Shown here one piece after another: positions 53,864-61,987 of a stretch of DNA of 64,000 nucleotides. The notes beneath the pieces were generated by a model, which did not search any database, was not told the DNA's origin, and saw only the letters and a list, made by a program, of their open reading frames with translations. Position 1 is the stretch's first letter; each line of letters opens with the position of its first letter. Location: the NCBI GenBank assembly GCA_947589025.1, contig CANQAY010000001.1:23419-87418 (forward strand), written 5' to 3'. The DNA comes from an uncultured Clostridia bacterium. GTDB lineage: Bacteria > Bacillota > Clostridia > Christensenellales > UBA1242. Position numbers and translations under genes: made by a program.

Positions 53864-53900
53864 GGGGGTCGTGAGGTCCAAAGTCCACTCAGTCCTACCA
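53864..53900 (+). repeat. Degenerate third copy of the tRNA-Ile 3' end (att-like remnant)
   Basis: GGGGGTCGTGAGGTCCAAAGTCCACTCAGTCCTACCA compared with the tRNA sequence GGGGGTCGGTGGTTCGAGTCCACTCATCTCAACCA. It is followed by a terminator hairpin (AAACCCCGATTTTATCGGGGTTTTT). Confidence 0.55.
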
Positions 53901-54116
53901 ACGTAAACCCCGATTTTATCGGGGTTTTTGCTTGCCTAAAATTCAAAATTTATGGCTATTTTACTGTAGCAAATGACCCTAATTTTTGTAGCAAATGTTT
54001 TTTTTGCTTGATTTTTTATCAAAAAATTAGACTACAAGTGCTAAAATTTACTTGCGGTCTAAATCTATCAAAAACTGCCTAAAACGGATACATTTGCAAC
54101 AAATTGCAACAGTAAC

Positions 54117-54575
54117 CTACATTTCAAAATCTTTTTGTTTTCTTCGGCATTCTTTCTTTTTCAAAAGTCTTTCGAGTTCTTCGTCAAGTTCATCATCGCC
54201 AATATTTGCAATACTTTCTTGTTCTACTTGGTATTGGTCATTGAAAACACTTTTTGCTTTGTCAAAATAACTCTTGTCAACTGAGTTATAGGTTGTGATT
54301 GTCGTCTTTACATCTCTATGTCCCAAAAGTTGTTGGATAACCTTTGGATTTTGCTCGGCTTCAAAAAGTGTGTTTGAATAGGTGTGCCTTAAAGTGTGAA
54401 AATGAATGTCACAATCTTGTAAATCGTTATCTTTCAAAAATCTATCAAGGATAATTCTTGTTCCATTATAAGTTCGCATTTGTCCCTCTTCATTACAAAA
54501 ACAAAACTATTCATGCCGGTGAAAGATTTTTCTTTTGCTGGCAAGTTTTCCATAACTCATAATAACATATCCGCC
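54117..54575 (-). pseudogene. Tyrosine recombinase (phage integrase family) remnant: C-terminal catalytic domain only, with an in-frame stop
   Basis: HFHTLRHTYSNTLF...LLGHRDVKTTITTYNSV carries the HxLRH, LGH and Y catalytic signatures. The same frame continues upstream across a TAG at 54507-54509 (..SYGKLASKRKIFHRHE*FCFCNEEGQMRTY..). The N-terminal ~200 aa are missing, and that space is occupied by the terminator and 3' end of the neighbouring gene. Confidence 0.8.
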
Positions 54576-54657
54576 TCCGCCGAAAAAATCATAATGGTTT
54601 TGGCACAAAAGAACGACCTTCTCGGTCGTTTTTTGGTTTTCGCTATATGTTAAATTT

Positions 54658-56715
54658 TTATTCTTCACAATATGTGCGATAAAGAGCATCAAAGAAACAT
54701 TGTGCAATTTTATCCATTCCCCATTCATTTGGATGAATCATGGTATCTTCTGAAGATACGAAATAGAAAGGTAAATTTGTAGAATTTATTCCGGTGTCAT
54801 TATACAAATCAACAACATGACACATATATTGTCTAGCAAGGCGTGTTATTACTTCGTTGTATGCAATAAGGTCAGACTCTGGTCTTTTATGCTCTCCAAA
54901 ATTTGGTAAAAGTGTAAACAAATACACATCTGCACCATCATACTTATGCCTAAGTTGTGAAAGCATATCACTATAAGCCTTTTCAAATTCACTAACTGAT
55001 ATACTGTAATTATAATCATTTGCTCCCATATACACAGCAATTATATCTGGGTAAACATCTTCAGTTTGTTGTTCATCGTGGGTGTTATCGTGAAGTTGTA
55101 GGCATCTTGTTTGAGCCAATTCAGAAACTTTGTCTCCTGAATAGGAATTGTTTACACACAACTCCATTCCCGTCGTTTCACGCGCTTTATACCACCAAGT
55201 TTTCCAAACTCGATTAAGTTCGTAGCCATCCCAATAAGTATAAGCATTGTTTTCTATGGTAGAGTTGTATTTTGTATTGTTTGAATAGCCATCGTATGCG
55301 CTGACGCTGTCACCTAAAATTGAAAATTGTTTTCCGCCCAATTTTGCTTTAAGTTCCGTTTCTTTTTGTTTTTGAACTAACTCGCCCTCAAGCGATTCCA
55401 AGTGTTCAACTTGAGTTTCAAAGTTCCTAAGTTCTGTGTAATAAACATCCATGTATATTGAGCCGTCGCCAACGCCGCCCCAATTTTCGCCTTCTCCACA
55501 AAATTGCCATGAAAATGGAGAAACAATCCTAAGAGGGTAACCCTCTTTAAATCCATCCCATCCAAAAGTAACGCTGTCGTTAGGACCTCCAAAACCTAAA
55601 GTTTCGTCTTCTTTCAATTGAATATCACATTCAAAGGTTATCCACTTATTAACCCATCCCCCGCCTTGTTCATTGACATACCAATTAAGTTTGAGTTCGT
55701 GTTTTTCTATTGCTTTACTTCCCAACCCTTCTTTTGTGTTTTTAAAAACAGATACTGTAAACACACCATCCGCATGATCGTTTTTCACATCTGACGAGTT
55801 TATCGTCATAACTGGAACATCAATTCTTGTTATTCTTTTGCCAGCAAACAATCTTAAATCCTTGTATGCAATCGGTTTACCTACACCCCAAGATAGATAA
55901 TTTGAACTTAGGTCGTCCTTATTTTGACTTGCTTTTATGTCAGCCATTGTTTTGAAAACAGGTCTTTCCCATTCAACAATATTAACTTTGACTTGGAGGG
56001 CAAGGGTGTCTGCATATTTTTCACTTGCAATAACTTCGTCATGAGCCTTGTTATCTAGCAAAGTAAAATTGCCAACTTCGTCATCAACAGGAACATCTTT
56101 TAAGCAATAAAGCGAAACTGAGTTATTTCCACCAAGCACAATTGTTTCGTCTTCATTTAGTTGCAAAGGCTCTTTAAAGTGGATTGTGGTTTTGCCTTTA
56201 ACGACAAAATAGTTTTGTGTGTTGACAACCTTCAATGATTTTCCCGTTTTGCGAGCGTTGACGACATCACTTACATTTGCCTTGCCGACTGACAATTTTC
56301 CCGATGTTTTGGCATAAAATGTTAAATCTGTTATTTCCAAGCCAGAGTAAAGTGCGACATTGGCATTTTCCTTGTAATAAGACATTAGGGCAATGTGATT
56401 TTGTGCCAAATCAACATATTCTCCGTCAAAGAAACTACTCATTTCACCTGTCACGCCAAGTGTGTCTTCAAACACCTCGTCTTCCTGCGCCTGTGGTGCT
56501 ATATAAGCATCTGTCCTTTGAGTTCCATTCCAAACATAATGGTCATAACCAACATAGAGATTTGTTTCTTCTGTCGGTGGTAAAGGTGGTAAAACAGTAT
56601 CCTCTTTACCTTTTAAAATAACAGCGGTTACTATTGATGTGATTACTGAAATTACCAGTGACAAACTCGCAACAATATATAATATCGCCGTTTTCCAGTT
56701 AATTTTCTTTTCCAT
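54658..56715 (-). CDS. Membrane-anchored protein: two repeated beta-rich modules plus a C-terminal SGNH/GDSL hydrolase domain
   Basis: 685 aa from MEKKINWKTAILYIVASLSLVISVI, with a strong RBS (aaggagg) and a TM anchor. SGNH blocks: FSILGDSVSAY (GDS), YMGANDY (GxND) and MIHPNEWG (D..HPN). The terminator AACGACC-GAGA-AGGTCGTT lies downstream. Confidence 0.85.
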   Translation of the reverse strand: MEKKINWKTAILYIVASLSLVISVITSIVTAVILKGKEDTVLPPLPPTEETNLYVGYDHYVWNGTQRTDAYIAPQAQEDEVFEDTLGVTGEMSSFFDGEYVDLAQNHIALMSYYKENANVALYSGLEITDLTFYAKTSGKLSVGKANVSDVVNARKTGKSLKVVNTQNYFVVKGKTTIHFKEPLQLNEDETIVLGGNNSVSLYCLKDVPVDDEVGNFTLLDNKAHDEVIASEKYADTLALQVKVNIVEWERPVFKTMADIKASQNKDDLSSNYLSWGVGKPIAYKDLRLFAGKRITRIDVPVMTINSSDVKNDHADGVFTVSVFKNTKEGLGSKAIEKHELKLNWYVNEQGGGWVNKWITFECDIQLKEDETLGFGGPNDSVTFGWDGFKEGYPLRIVSPFSWQFCGEGENWGGVGDGSIYMDVYYTELRNFETQVEHLESLEGELVQKQKETELKAKLGGKQFSILGDSVSAYDGYSNNTKYNSTIENNAYTYWDGYELNRVWKTWWYKARETTGMELCVNNSYSGDKVSELAQTRCLQLHDNTHDEQQTEDVYPDIIAVYMGANDYNYSISVSEFEKAYSDMLSQLRHKYDGADVYLFTLLPNFGEHKRPESDLIAYNEVITRLARQYMCHVVDLYNDTGINSTNLPFYFVSSEDTMIHPNEWGMDKIAQCFFDALYRTYCEE

Positions 56716-56848
56716 TAACTCCTCCTTGCGTATTCGCTTATTTAAATGATAACACATTTGTTTTTTTATCAAAATAAAATCGGCAAAATCTAATTATTAT
56801 TTTTGCATTAATTTATTATTTTTAACAAAAAGCATATTTTATTCGCTT

Positions 56849-58915
56849 TTAATTAAGTTTAATTTTAATTTTTAATATATCGCCAAGATTTCCCATATTG
56901 TCTTCTGGTTGGATACCTATATAAAATTCTCCCTTATATTCTGGCTTGAAAAAGAACGCTGAGCCCTCTGTTTGACCAATAAGGTTGCAGTAACTTGCCT
57001 CTTCGCCATCTTTGACTTTGAAAACATTGTAGTGCCAAATATCATTGCTTGGTGCGTCCCAGAAAAGTTGAAGTGCTCCATTTTTAAAGTAGACTTTTGC
57101 ATTTGTAGGTTTTTTAGGATTTTTTGCTGTGTATTTTTCAAATGTTGAATTTAAATCTCTCTTCTTCCATTCAGAAAATGTCCTGCTTCGAAAGACGAGC
57201 GACGCACCTTCAGCAAAGTTTATGTCTTCAAGAAAAGGTGTCGTGTCTTCGCAGTAGAATTTTGTCAAGTCTTGTGCATAATATTTGTTGTCTTTGAATT
57301 TATTCCATCGTGGTTCAATCCCTGTGTTAGTGGAAGTGTCATCAACAAGATTAAAGTAAAAGTTCGCTCCTGTGCCGGTGTATACAACGTGGTTGTTAAC
57401 AAAAGAATTGCCAGACCACGTTTGTTCTCCATTGTCCTTTCTTGCGACAAACAATCCTTTTCTTACATATTTGGTTGAAACATTAAGCCCATTTGATGGG
57501 GCGGCTTTTATAAGGTTATTGGAAACTTCCAGATTACGTAATGATAGCAAATCTTTTGAATTTTTTTCAATGTCTTTCCAAGATGTATCTTGCCCATTCC
57601 AAGGAAGATAGTCGCTTACAGTAATCTGCCCATATTGGTTGGTGCAACAACGGTTATCCCAAACACGATTATGCGTTATCTTGCAGCCTGCACATGCCAT
57701 AGTAGAAATTCCTGCACCATCACAATGATAGCAGTTGTTGTAAGAAACATCAATGTTCATACAGTTAAAATCAATATCAATTGCAGTGCCATCATAAGGT
57801 CCACCTTGCCTATAGCAATCAAACACTTCGTTGTATTTTATTTCGGCATCTTTCATGCCCAAGGCCATTATGCCGCCTTGCCCCTCCATAGGGGAATCGG
57901 TCGAACTATCATTTAGAGTTCCAATCTTATATTTCCCACCATTGTAAACATAGTTACGATTGATGGTGCAACCCGTCGTTGACTCCACCCCGATACATAT
58001 AGTTCCTGCATCATGCACTAAATTATTGTCAACATGAACATCATTAAATATCGTAAATTTCGTTTGGCTAAAGTCCGTGCCCCACGCACAAATACCAATC
58101 CCAGTTCTTCCTACATCATAAATGTGATTGTTGGTTATATATAAACCCTTTAAAACGAAATCATCTGCAGATCCTTCATACGAGTCATAAATATTGCTTG
58201 CTGCTATGCCGATAGCGTTTGTGTAATAACTATTTGAATGAACAATGTTGTTTGTTATGTAAACATTTTTATATTTCTCTGTTCTTCCATTTTCGTAGTC
58301 ATAACATAGCATTATGCCATATCCACATACTTGTGTGTTTTTGCGGCTGCCCCATATTACGCTTAATTCCAAATCGCGAACAACAATATTTGAACAACGA
58401 ACAATGCTAACTGCGGCTTGATGCCCACCAGGGTCGGGAAGAGTTCCAACACTCTGATTTATTTCAATAATAGGCCTTTTGTCAGAATCGCCCCAAGATG
58501 AGATGGTAATAGGATTTCCTTCAACACCATAGCAATCATTTATTTCTAAATTAGTTTTAAAGACATCTCCACGTTTTAGTAAGATTTGGTCGCCTGGCCT
58601 GAAAAACGGAAGGTCTCCTCTCTCCTTACTGCCACGAGTAAGCCACCTAATATAGTCAATGCTAACTGGGTCATCTTTCGACAAGCCTGTTTGTGAGTTA
58701 AATTCGGGATCATCAAAAGTTTTCCCATCTGCCGCCACATAAAATGTTCGTCCATCGTGAGAGATTGGATAATTAGGCTTTTCTTCTGCAAGCCCCGTTT
58801 CAAAAAATTCAAATGATACAGTGCTCCCCTGAAAAAACAGCGCCATATTCAAAGATACCAAAAAAATTATAATGAGCATAAACATTGAAACTGATTTAAG
58901 AATCTTTTTTTTCAT
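56849..58915 (-). CDS. Secreted right-handed parallel beta-helix protein (pectate-lyase-fold / CASH-type) with a C-terminal Fn3-like domain
   Basis: 688 aa with signal/TM MKKKILKSVSMFMLIIIFLVSLNMALF. It has recurrent beta-helix coil signatures (ITNNIVHSN, ITNNHIYDVG, VDNNLVHDAG, INRNYVYNGG, ITHNRVWDN) and a C-terminal ~90-aa beta-sandwich-like segment. Confidence 0.8.
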   Translation of the reverse strand: MKKKILKSVSMFMLIIIFLVSLNMALFFQGSTVSFEFFETGLAEEKPNYPISHDGRTFYVAADGKTFDDPEFNSQTGLSKDDPVSIDYIRWLTRGSKERGDLPFFRPGDQILLKRGDVFKTNLEINDCYGVEGNPITISSWGDSDKRPIIEINQSVGTLPDPGGHQAAVSIVRCSNIVVRDLELSVIWGSRKNTQVCGYGIMLCYDYENGRTEKYKNVYITNNIVHSNSYYTNAIGIAASNIYDSYEGSADDFVLKGLYITNNHIYDVGRTGIGICAWGTDFSQTKFTIFNDVHVDNNLVHDAGTICIGVESTTGCTINRNYVYNGGKYKIGTLNDSSTDSPMEGQGGIMALGMKDAEIKYNEVFDCYRQGGPYDGTAIDIDFNCMNIDVSYNNCYHCDGAGISTMACAGCKITHNRVWDNRCCTNQYGQITVSDYLPWNGQDTSWKDIEKNSKDLLSLRNLEVSNNLIKAAPSNGLNVSTKYVRKGLFVARKDNGEQTWSGNSFVNNHVVYTGTGANFYFNLVDDTSTNTGIEPRWNKFKDNKYYAQDLTKFYCEDTTPFLEDINFAEGASLVFRSRTFSEWKKRDLNSTFEKYTAKNPKKPTNAKVYFKNGALQLFWDAPSNDIWHYNVFKVKDGEEASYCNLIGQTEGSAFFFKPEYKGEFYIGIQPEDNMGNLGDILKIKIKLN

Positions 58916-59062
58916 TTTTTGTTCCCCTAAAAGGAGTATAACACATTTTTCATAATTTAAAAACTTTTTTGCAAAAACTCGTGAAAAATGTTAAAAAAGA
59001 CAATTTTTTGCTTCTATGCAAAGCGGCATTAAATATGTTCGCATTAAGGCTAAGAAAAACAA

Positions 59063-59457
59063 TTGGAGTGGAACGCAAAGCGCGAGCTTGCAAAACTTAA
59101 CTATCACATACATACAGACGCTATCAAAGAGAATTTGATTGTGCCAACTCTAACAAAAAATCAAATCAATTTTGTTTATGCTAACGAAGCCGATGTTTTG
59201 AATGTTGCACTCTTTGGAAAGACTGCTGGCGAGTGGAAAACAGAAATCCAAATCTTTAAGGCAAAATAAGATTATGCGACAATAGAACAATTACTTGTTA
59301 TTGCCAATATGGAAAGTTATAACGCCTTTTAATTGAACAAAAAGTCTCACAAAGCGAAATGCTTGTGCAACTGAACAATATGGCTAAATCTCAGCTAAGA
59401 GGTTTAGGTCAAACAAGCAATCATTTATTGTTGGACAACAAAGATGGTGCAGATTAG
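59063..59457 (+). pseudogene. Decayed phage/ICE-type gene (C-terminal part of a KilA-N/ORF6C-like DNA-binding protein, by recollection)
   Basis: The reading frame RELAKLNYHIHTDAIKENLIVPTLT...YANEADVLNVALFGKTAGEW is interrupted by an in-frame TAA at about 59267. It continues as DYATIEQLLVIANMESYNAF and then needs a +1 shift near 59329 to read LIEQKVSQSEMLVQLNNMAKSQLR. The N-terminal domain is absent. Confidence 0.45.
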
Positions 59458-59615
59458 AAAAAATCAGTTTTTAACCAGTCAAAATATGCAATTTTTATGA
59501 AAAAATGGCAAAATGGTATAAAAAATGGTATAAAACAATAAAAAAATCACAAATCGTCATACTTCTTTGTTTTTACGCACATATAGATCCCAAACCTTAT
59601 CAAATTCACTGAAAT

Positions 59616-59673
59616 TTAGAGCACCACCCTGATAAGATGGGGGTCGGTGGTTCGAGTCCACTCATCTCAACCA
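59616..59673 (+). repeat. Partial tRNA-Ile copy (attR-like) closing the island
   Basis: 57 of 58 nt are identical to 53740-53797. It lacks the tRNA 5' half. It is followed by a hairpin (CCTAT-AAA-ATAGG) plus T-run that probably was the original tRNA terminator. Confidence 0.9.
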
Positions 59674-59788
59674 GCAAAAAGCCCTATAAAATAGGTTTTT
59701 TTTAATTGTTCGGCAGAGGTATAAATCGTTTTAGAAAAAGATATAAAAATTTTTGCAAAGTAAAAATGCCACGTGTGGGTGGCATTTT

Positions 59789-60325
59789 TTAACCGAGTTT
59801 AGAAATTATTAAGAAATTTTCATCATAAATAAGTTCATTTGCAATTGTTACATTAAATGTTAGTATCGATGGAGTTGCAATTGTTATTAGTGCATCGCCA
59901 GTTAAACTTGCCGAGCCAAAAGCCACGCCCGTTCTTATTGTCCCGCTTTCCACAACGTTATCTACCGATATTGAAATTGTTGGCGGTGTGCCGTTCGAAC
60001 TTGTAACGGTTGAACCAAAACGCATTAAATATGTGCCCGGTGTAAGGTTAATTCCGTTGCCACCTGCAAGGCTAATTTCCGTTTGGCTGGTTGGATAAAC
60101 GTTTTCTAATAGAAGTGTAGGTTCCGCATCTGTTACGCTTGGTGCAGTAAAAAATGCAGTTGCGCTAAATCCCGGTGCGCCAGCAGGGCCAGTGGGGCCA
60201 GTTGGTCCGGTAACACCAGCTGAAACGGATTGCAAAATATATTGTGTGCGATTAGGAGAAATCGGTTTGGTAGGGTAAGGTTTGCAACAATTGTTACTAG
60301 GTGAATTAAAATTAAAGCATTTCAT
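59789..60325 (-). CDS. BclA-like exosporium/collagen-like protein with a very short G-x-y tract
   Basis: 178 aa with RBS gaggag. GVTGPTGPTGPAGAPG provides five G-x-y triplets, followed by a ~115-aa Thr/Ser/Gly-rich beta domain, as in BclA C-terminal (C1q/TNF-like) domains. Confidence 0.55.
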   Translation of the reverse strand: MKCFNFNSPSNNCCKPYPTKPISPNRTQYILQSVSAGVTGPTGPTGPAGAPGFSATAFFTAPSVTDAEPTLLLENVYPTSQTEISLAGGNGINLTPGTYLMRFGSTVTSSNGTPPTISISVDNVVESGTIRTGVAFGSASLTGDALITIATPSILTFNVTIANELIYDENFLIISKLG

Positions 60326-60408
60326 ATTTTCTCCTCACAACATTATATGGAAAAACTAAAAAGTTGTTTAAAAAAAACACTTTTGGCAAATATTTTTTTG
60401 GAGGGAAT

Positions 60409-60999
60409 ATGGATTTTCAAAAATCAATAACAAAAGAAAATTTGGCACGTTCGTTTGCAGCTGAGTGCCAAGAGGGGGCACGATATCAATTTTTGGCGGA
60501 AAAAGCGCAACAAGAAGGATACCAATACATTATGACTTTTGTAAGAAGCCTTGCCAAAAACGAAATGAGCCATGCAAAAATGTTTTTTCAGGCAATAAAT
60601 GAGCATGGCGGCAATGCGGTGCAAAACATCGATGTTAAGGCTGGCTATCCGTTTAGAACGGGTGAATTGATGGATATTTTTAAAATGGAGGCGGAAAACG
60701 AACGTATGAGCGGGGAAAGTATCTATCCCAAATTTGCCGACATCGCGCGGGACGAAGGCTTTGCCGATGTGGCAGAACTGTTTGATTTGGTTGCCAAAGT
60801 GGAAATAACCCATAAAAATATTTTAACCAATTTTTATCAGGGCTTAAAAAAGGGCACATTATATAAATGCAAAACTGGCATGCACGCTTTTAAATGTGAT
60901 GAATGCGGCACAGTGGTGGAAGCAAAATCTGCCCCAAAAACTTGCCCGCTTTGCAAAAATGGGCAAGGCTATTTCCGTGTGGATTTTTCAATAATTTAA
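60409..60999 (+). CDS. rbr: Rubrerythrin
   Basis: 196 aa from MDFQKSITKENLARSFAAECQEGARYQF (RBS ggaggg). It has a ferritin-like diiron domain (E..E..H pairs) and a C-terminal rubredoxin-type CDECG...CPLC. Confidence 0.9.
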   Translation: MDFQKSITKENLARSFAAECQEGARYQFLAEKAQQEGYQYIMTFVRSLAKNEMSHAKMFFQAINEHGGNAVQNIDVKAGYPFRTGELMDIFKMEAENERMSGESIYPKFADIARDEGFADVAELFDLVAKVEITHKNILTNFYQGLKKGTLYKCKTGMHAFKCDECGTVVEAKSAPKTCPLCKNGQGYFRVDFSII

Positions 61000-61072
61000 A
61001 AATTTTTGCAATTTTAACAAAAAAACAGGCAATTTGCCTGTTAATTTTTATTTTTAAGCCAAATTTTTAAAT

Positions 61073-61873
61073 TTAATTTTTGTTTGTTGGGTTAATTCTA
61101 AAAATTGTGCCGCGATGTTCATGGTGAGCAATGTCCAACCTAACATTTACATTTGGAATTATATTTTTGCTTTCTAAATAACTTGCAATTGTGTTAACCG
61201 CCAAATTAACAGTGTTGCTGTGCTCACTAATGTGAGATAGCACCACTAAGCGCGTGCCCGAATGCACAAGTTTTTCAATTGCTTTGGCACAGCTTAGGTT
61301 GGATAAATGCCCATGGTCGCTATTAATTCGCTTTTTTAAAAATGGTGGATAATTTGGGTAACTCATCAGCATTTCGGGGTCGTAATTCGCTTCCAAAAAC
61401 ACAAGTGCACTAGATTTTATTGCCTCATACACCGTGTCGGTAAAATTGCCAATGTCGGTCACAATAGATACAACAGCGTCAGCTTCACTAACCCTATAGC
61501 CAACACAATATTTGCTATCATGCGGAACGGGGAAGGGTTGAATATGTAAATCGGCAATATCAAAATCGGCGTCAAAAAAGTTTAATAGATGCCTAACGCT
61601 GGATAGCTGATTAAACAAAATTTCACTTATATAACTGTGTGCGTAAATTGGAATGTTAAATGCGCGTGCAAATTTTGCCACACCTTTAATGTGGTCTGTA
61701 TGTTCATGGGTTATTAAAATTGCACTAATGCTGTCGGGCGCAATTTTTAACTCGTTAAGTGCGTTTAAAACATATTCTAGCGGCTTGCCAACGTCAACAA
61801 GCACCCTAGCTTTTTCACTTTCAATATAAGTGCAGTTGCCACTGCTTCCACTTGCCAAATTACATACGCGCAT
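61073..61873 (-). CDS. MBL-fold metallo-hydrolase (YycJ/WalJ-like)
   Basis: 266 aa with LASGSSGNCTYI and the HxHxDH motif ITHEHTDHIKG. The promoter ends 6 nt before the ATG. Confidence 0.85.
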   Translation of the reverse strand: MRVCNLASGSSGNCTYIESEKARVLVDVGKPLEYVLNALNELKIAPDSISAILITHEHTDHIKGVAKFARAFNIPIYAHSYISEILFNQLSSVRHLLNFFDADFDIADLHIQPFPVPHDSKYCVGYRVSEADAVVSIVTDIGNFTDTVYEAIKSSALVFLEANYDPEMLMSYPNYPPFLKKRINSDHGHLSNLSCAKAIEKLVHSGTRLVVLSHISEHSNTVNLAVNTIASYLESKNIIPNVNVRLDIAHHEHRGTIFRINPTNKN

Positions 61874-61987
61874 ATGTGCATTTTAGCAAATTTATTAAAA
61901 TTTTGCAATAAATTTGTTCAATTTACAAAAAATAGAAAAATTTTTATTTCAATTGACAATTCTTTTTAATTTTTATATCATTTTATT

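Larger units (their letters stand above)
53740..59673. mobile_element. Degraded integrative island (~5.9 kb) in the 3' half of tRNA-Ile, bounded by 58-bp direct repeats
   Basis: Positions 53740-53797 (the tRNA 3' portion) are repeated at 59616-59673 with one mismatch (G to A in the anticodon stem). A tyrosine-integrase remnant lies next to the tRNA. The flanks beyond the repeats differ. Confidence 0.75.
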
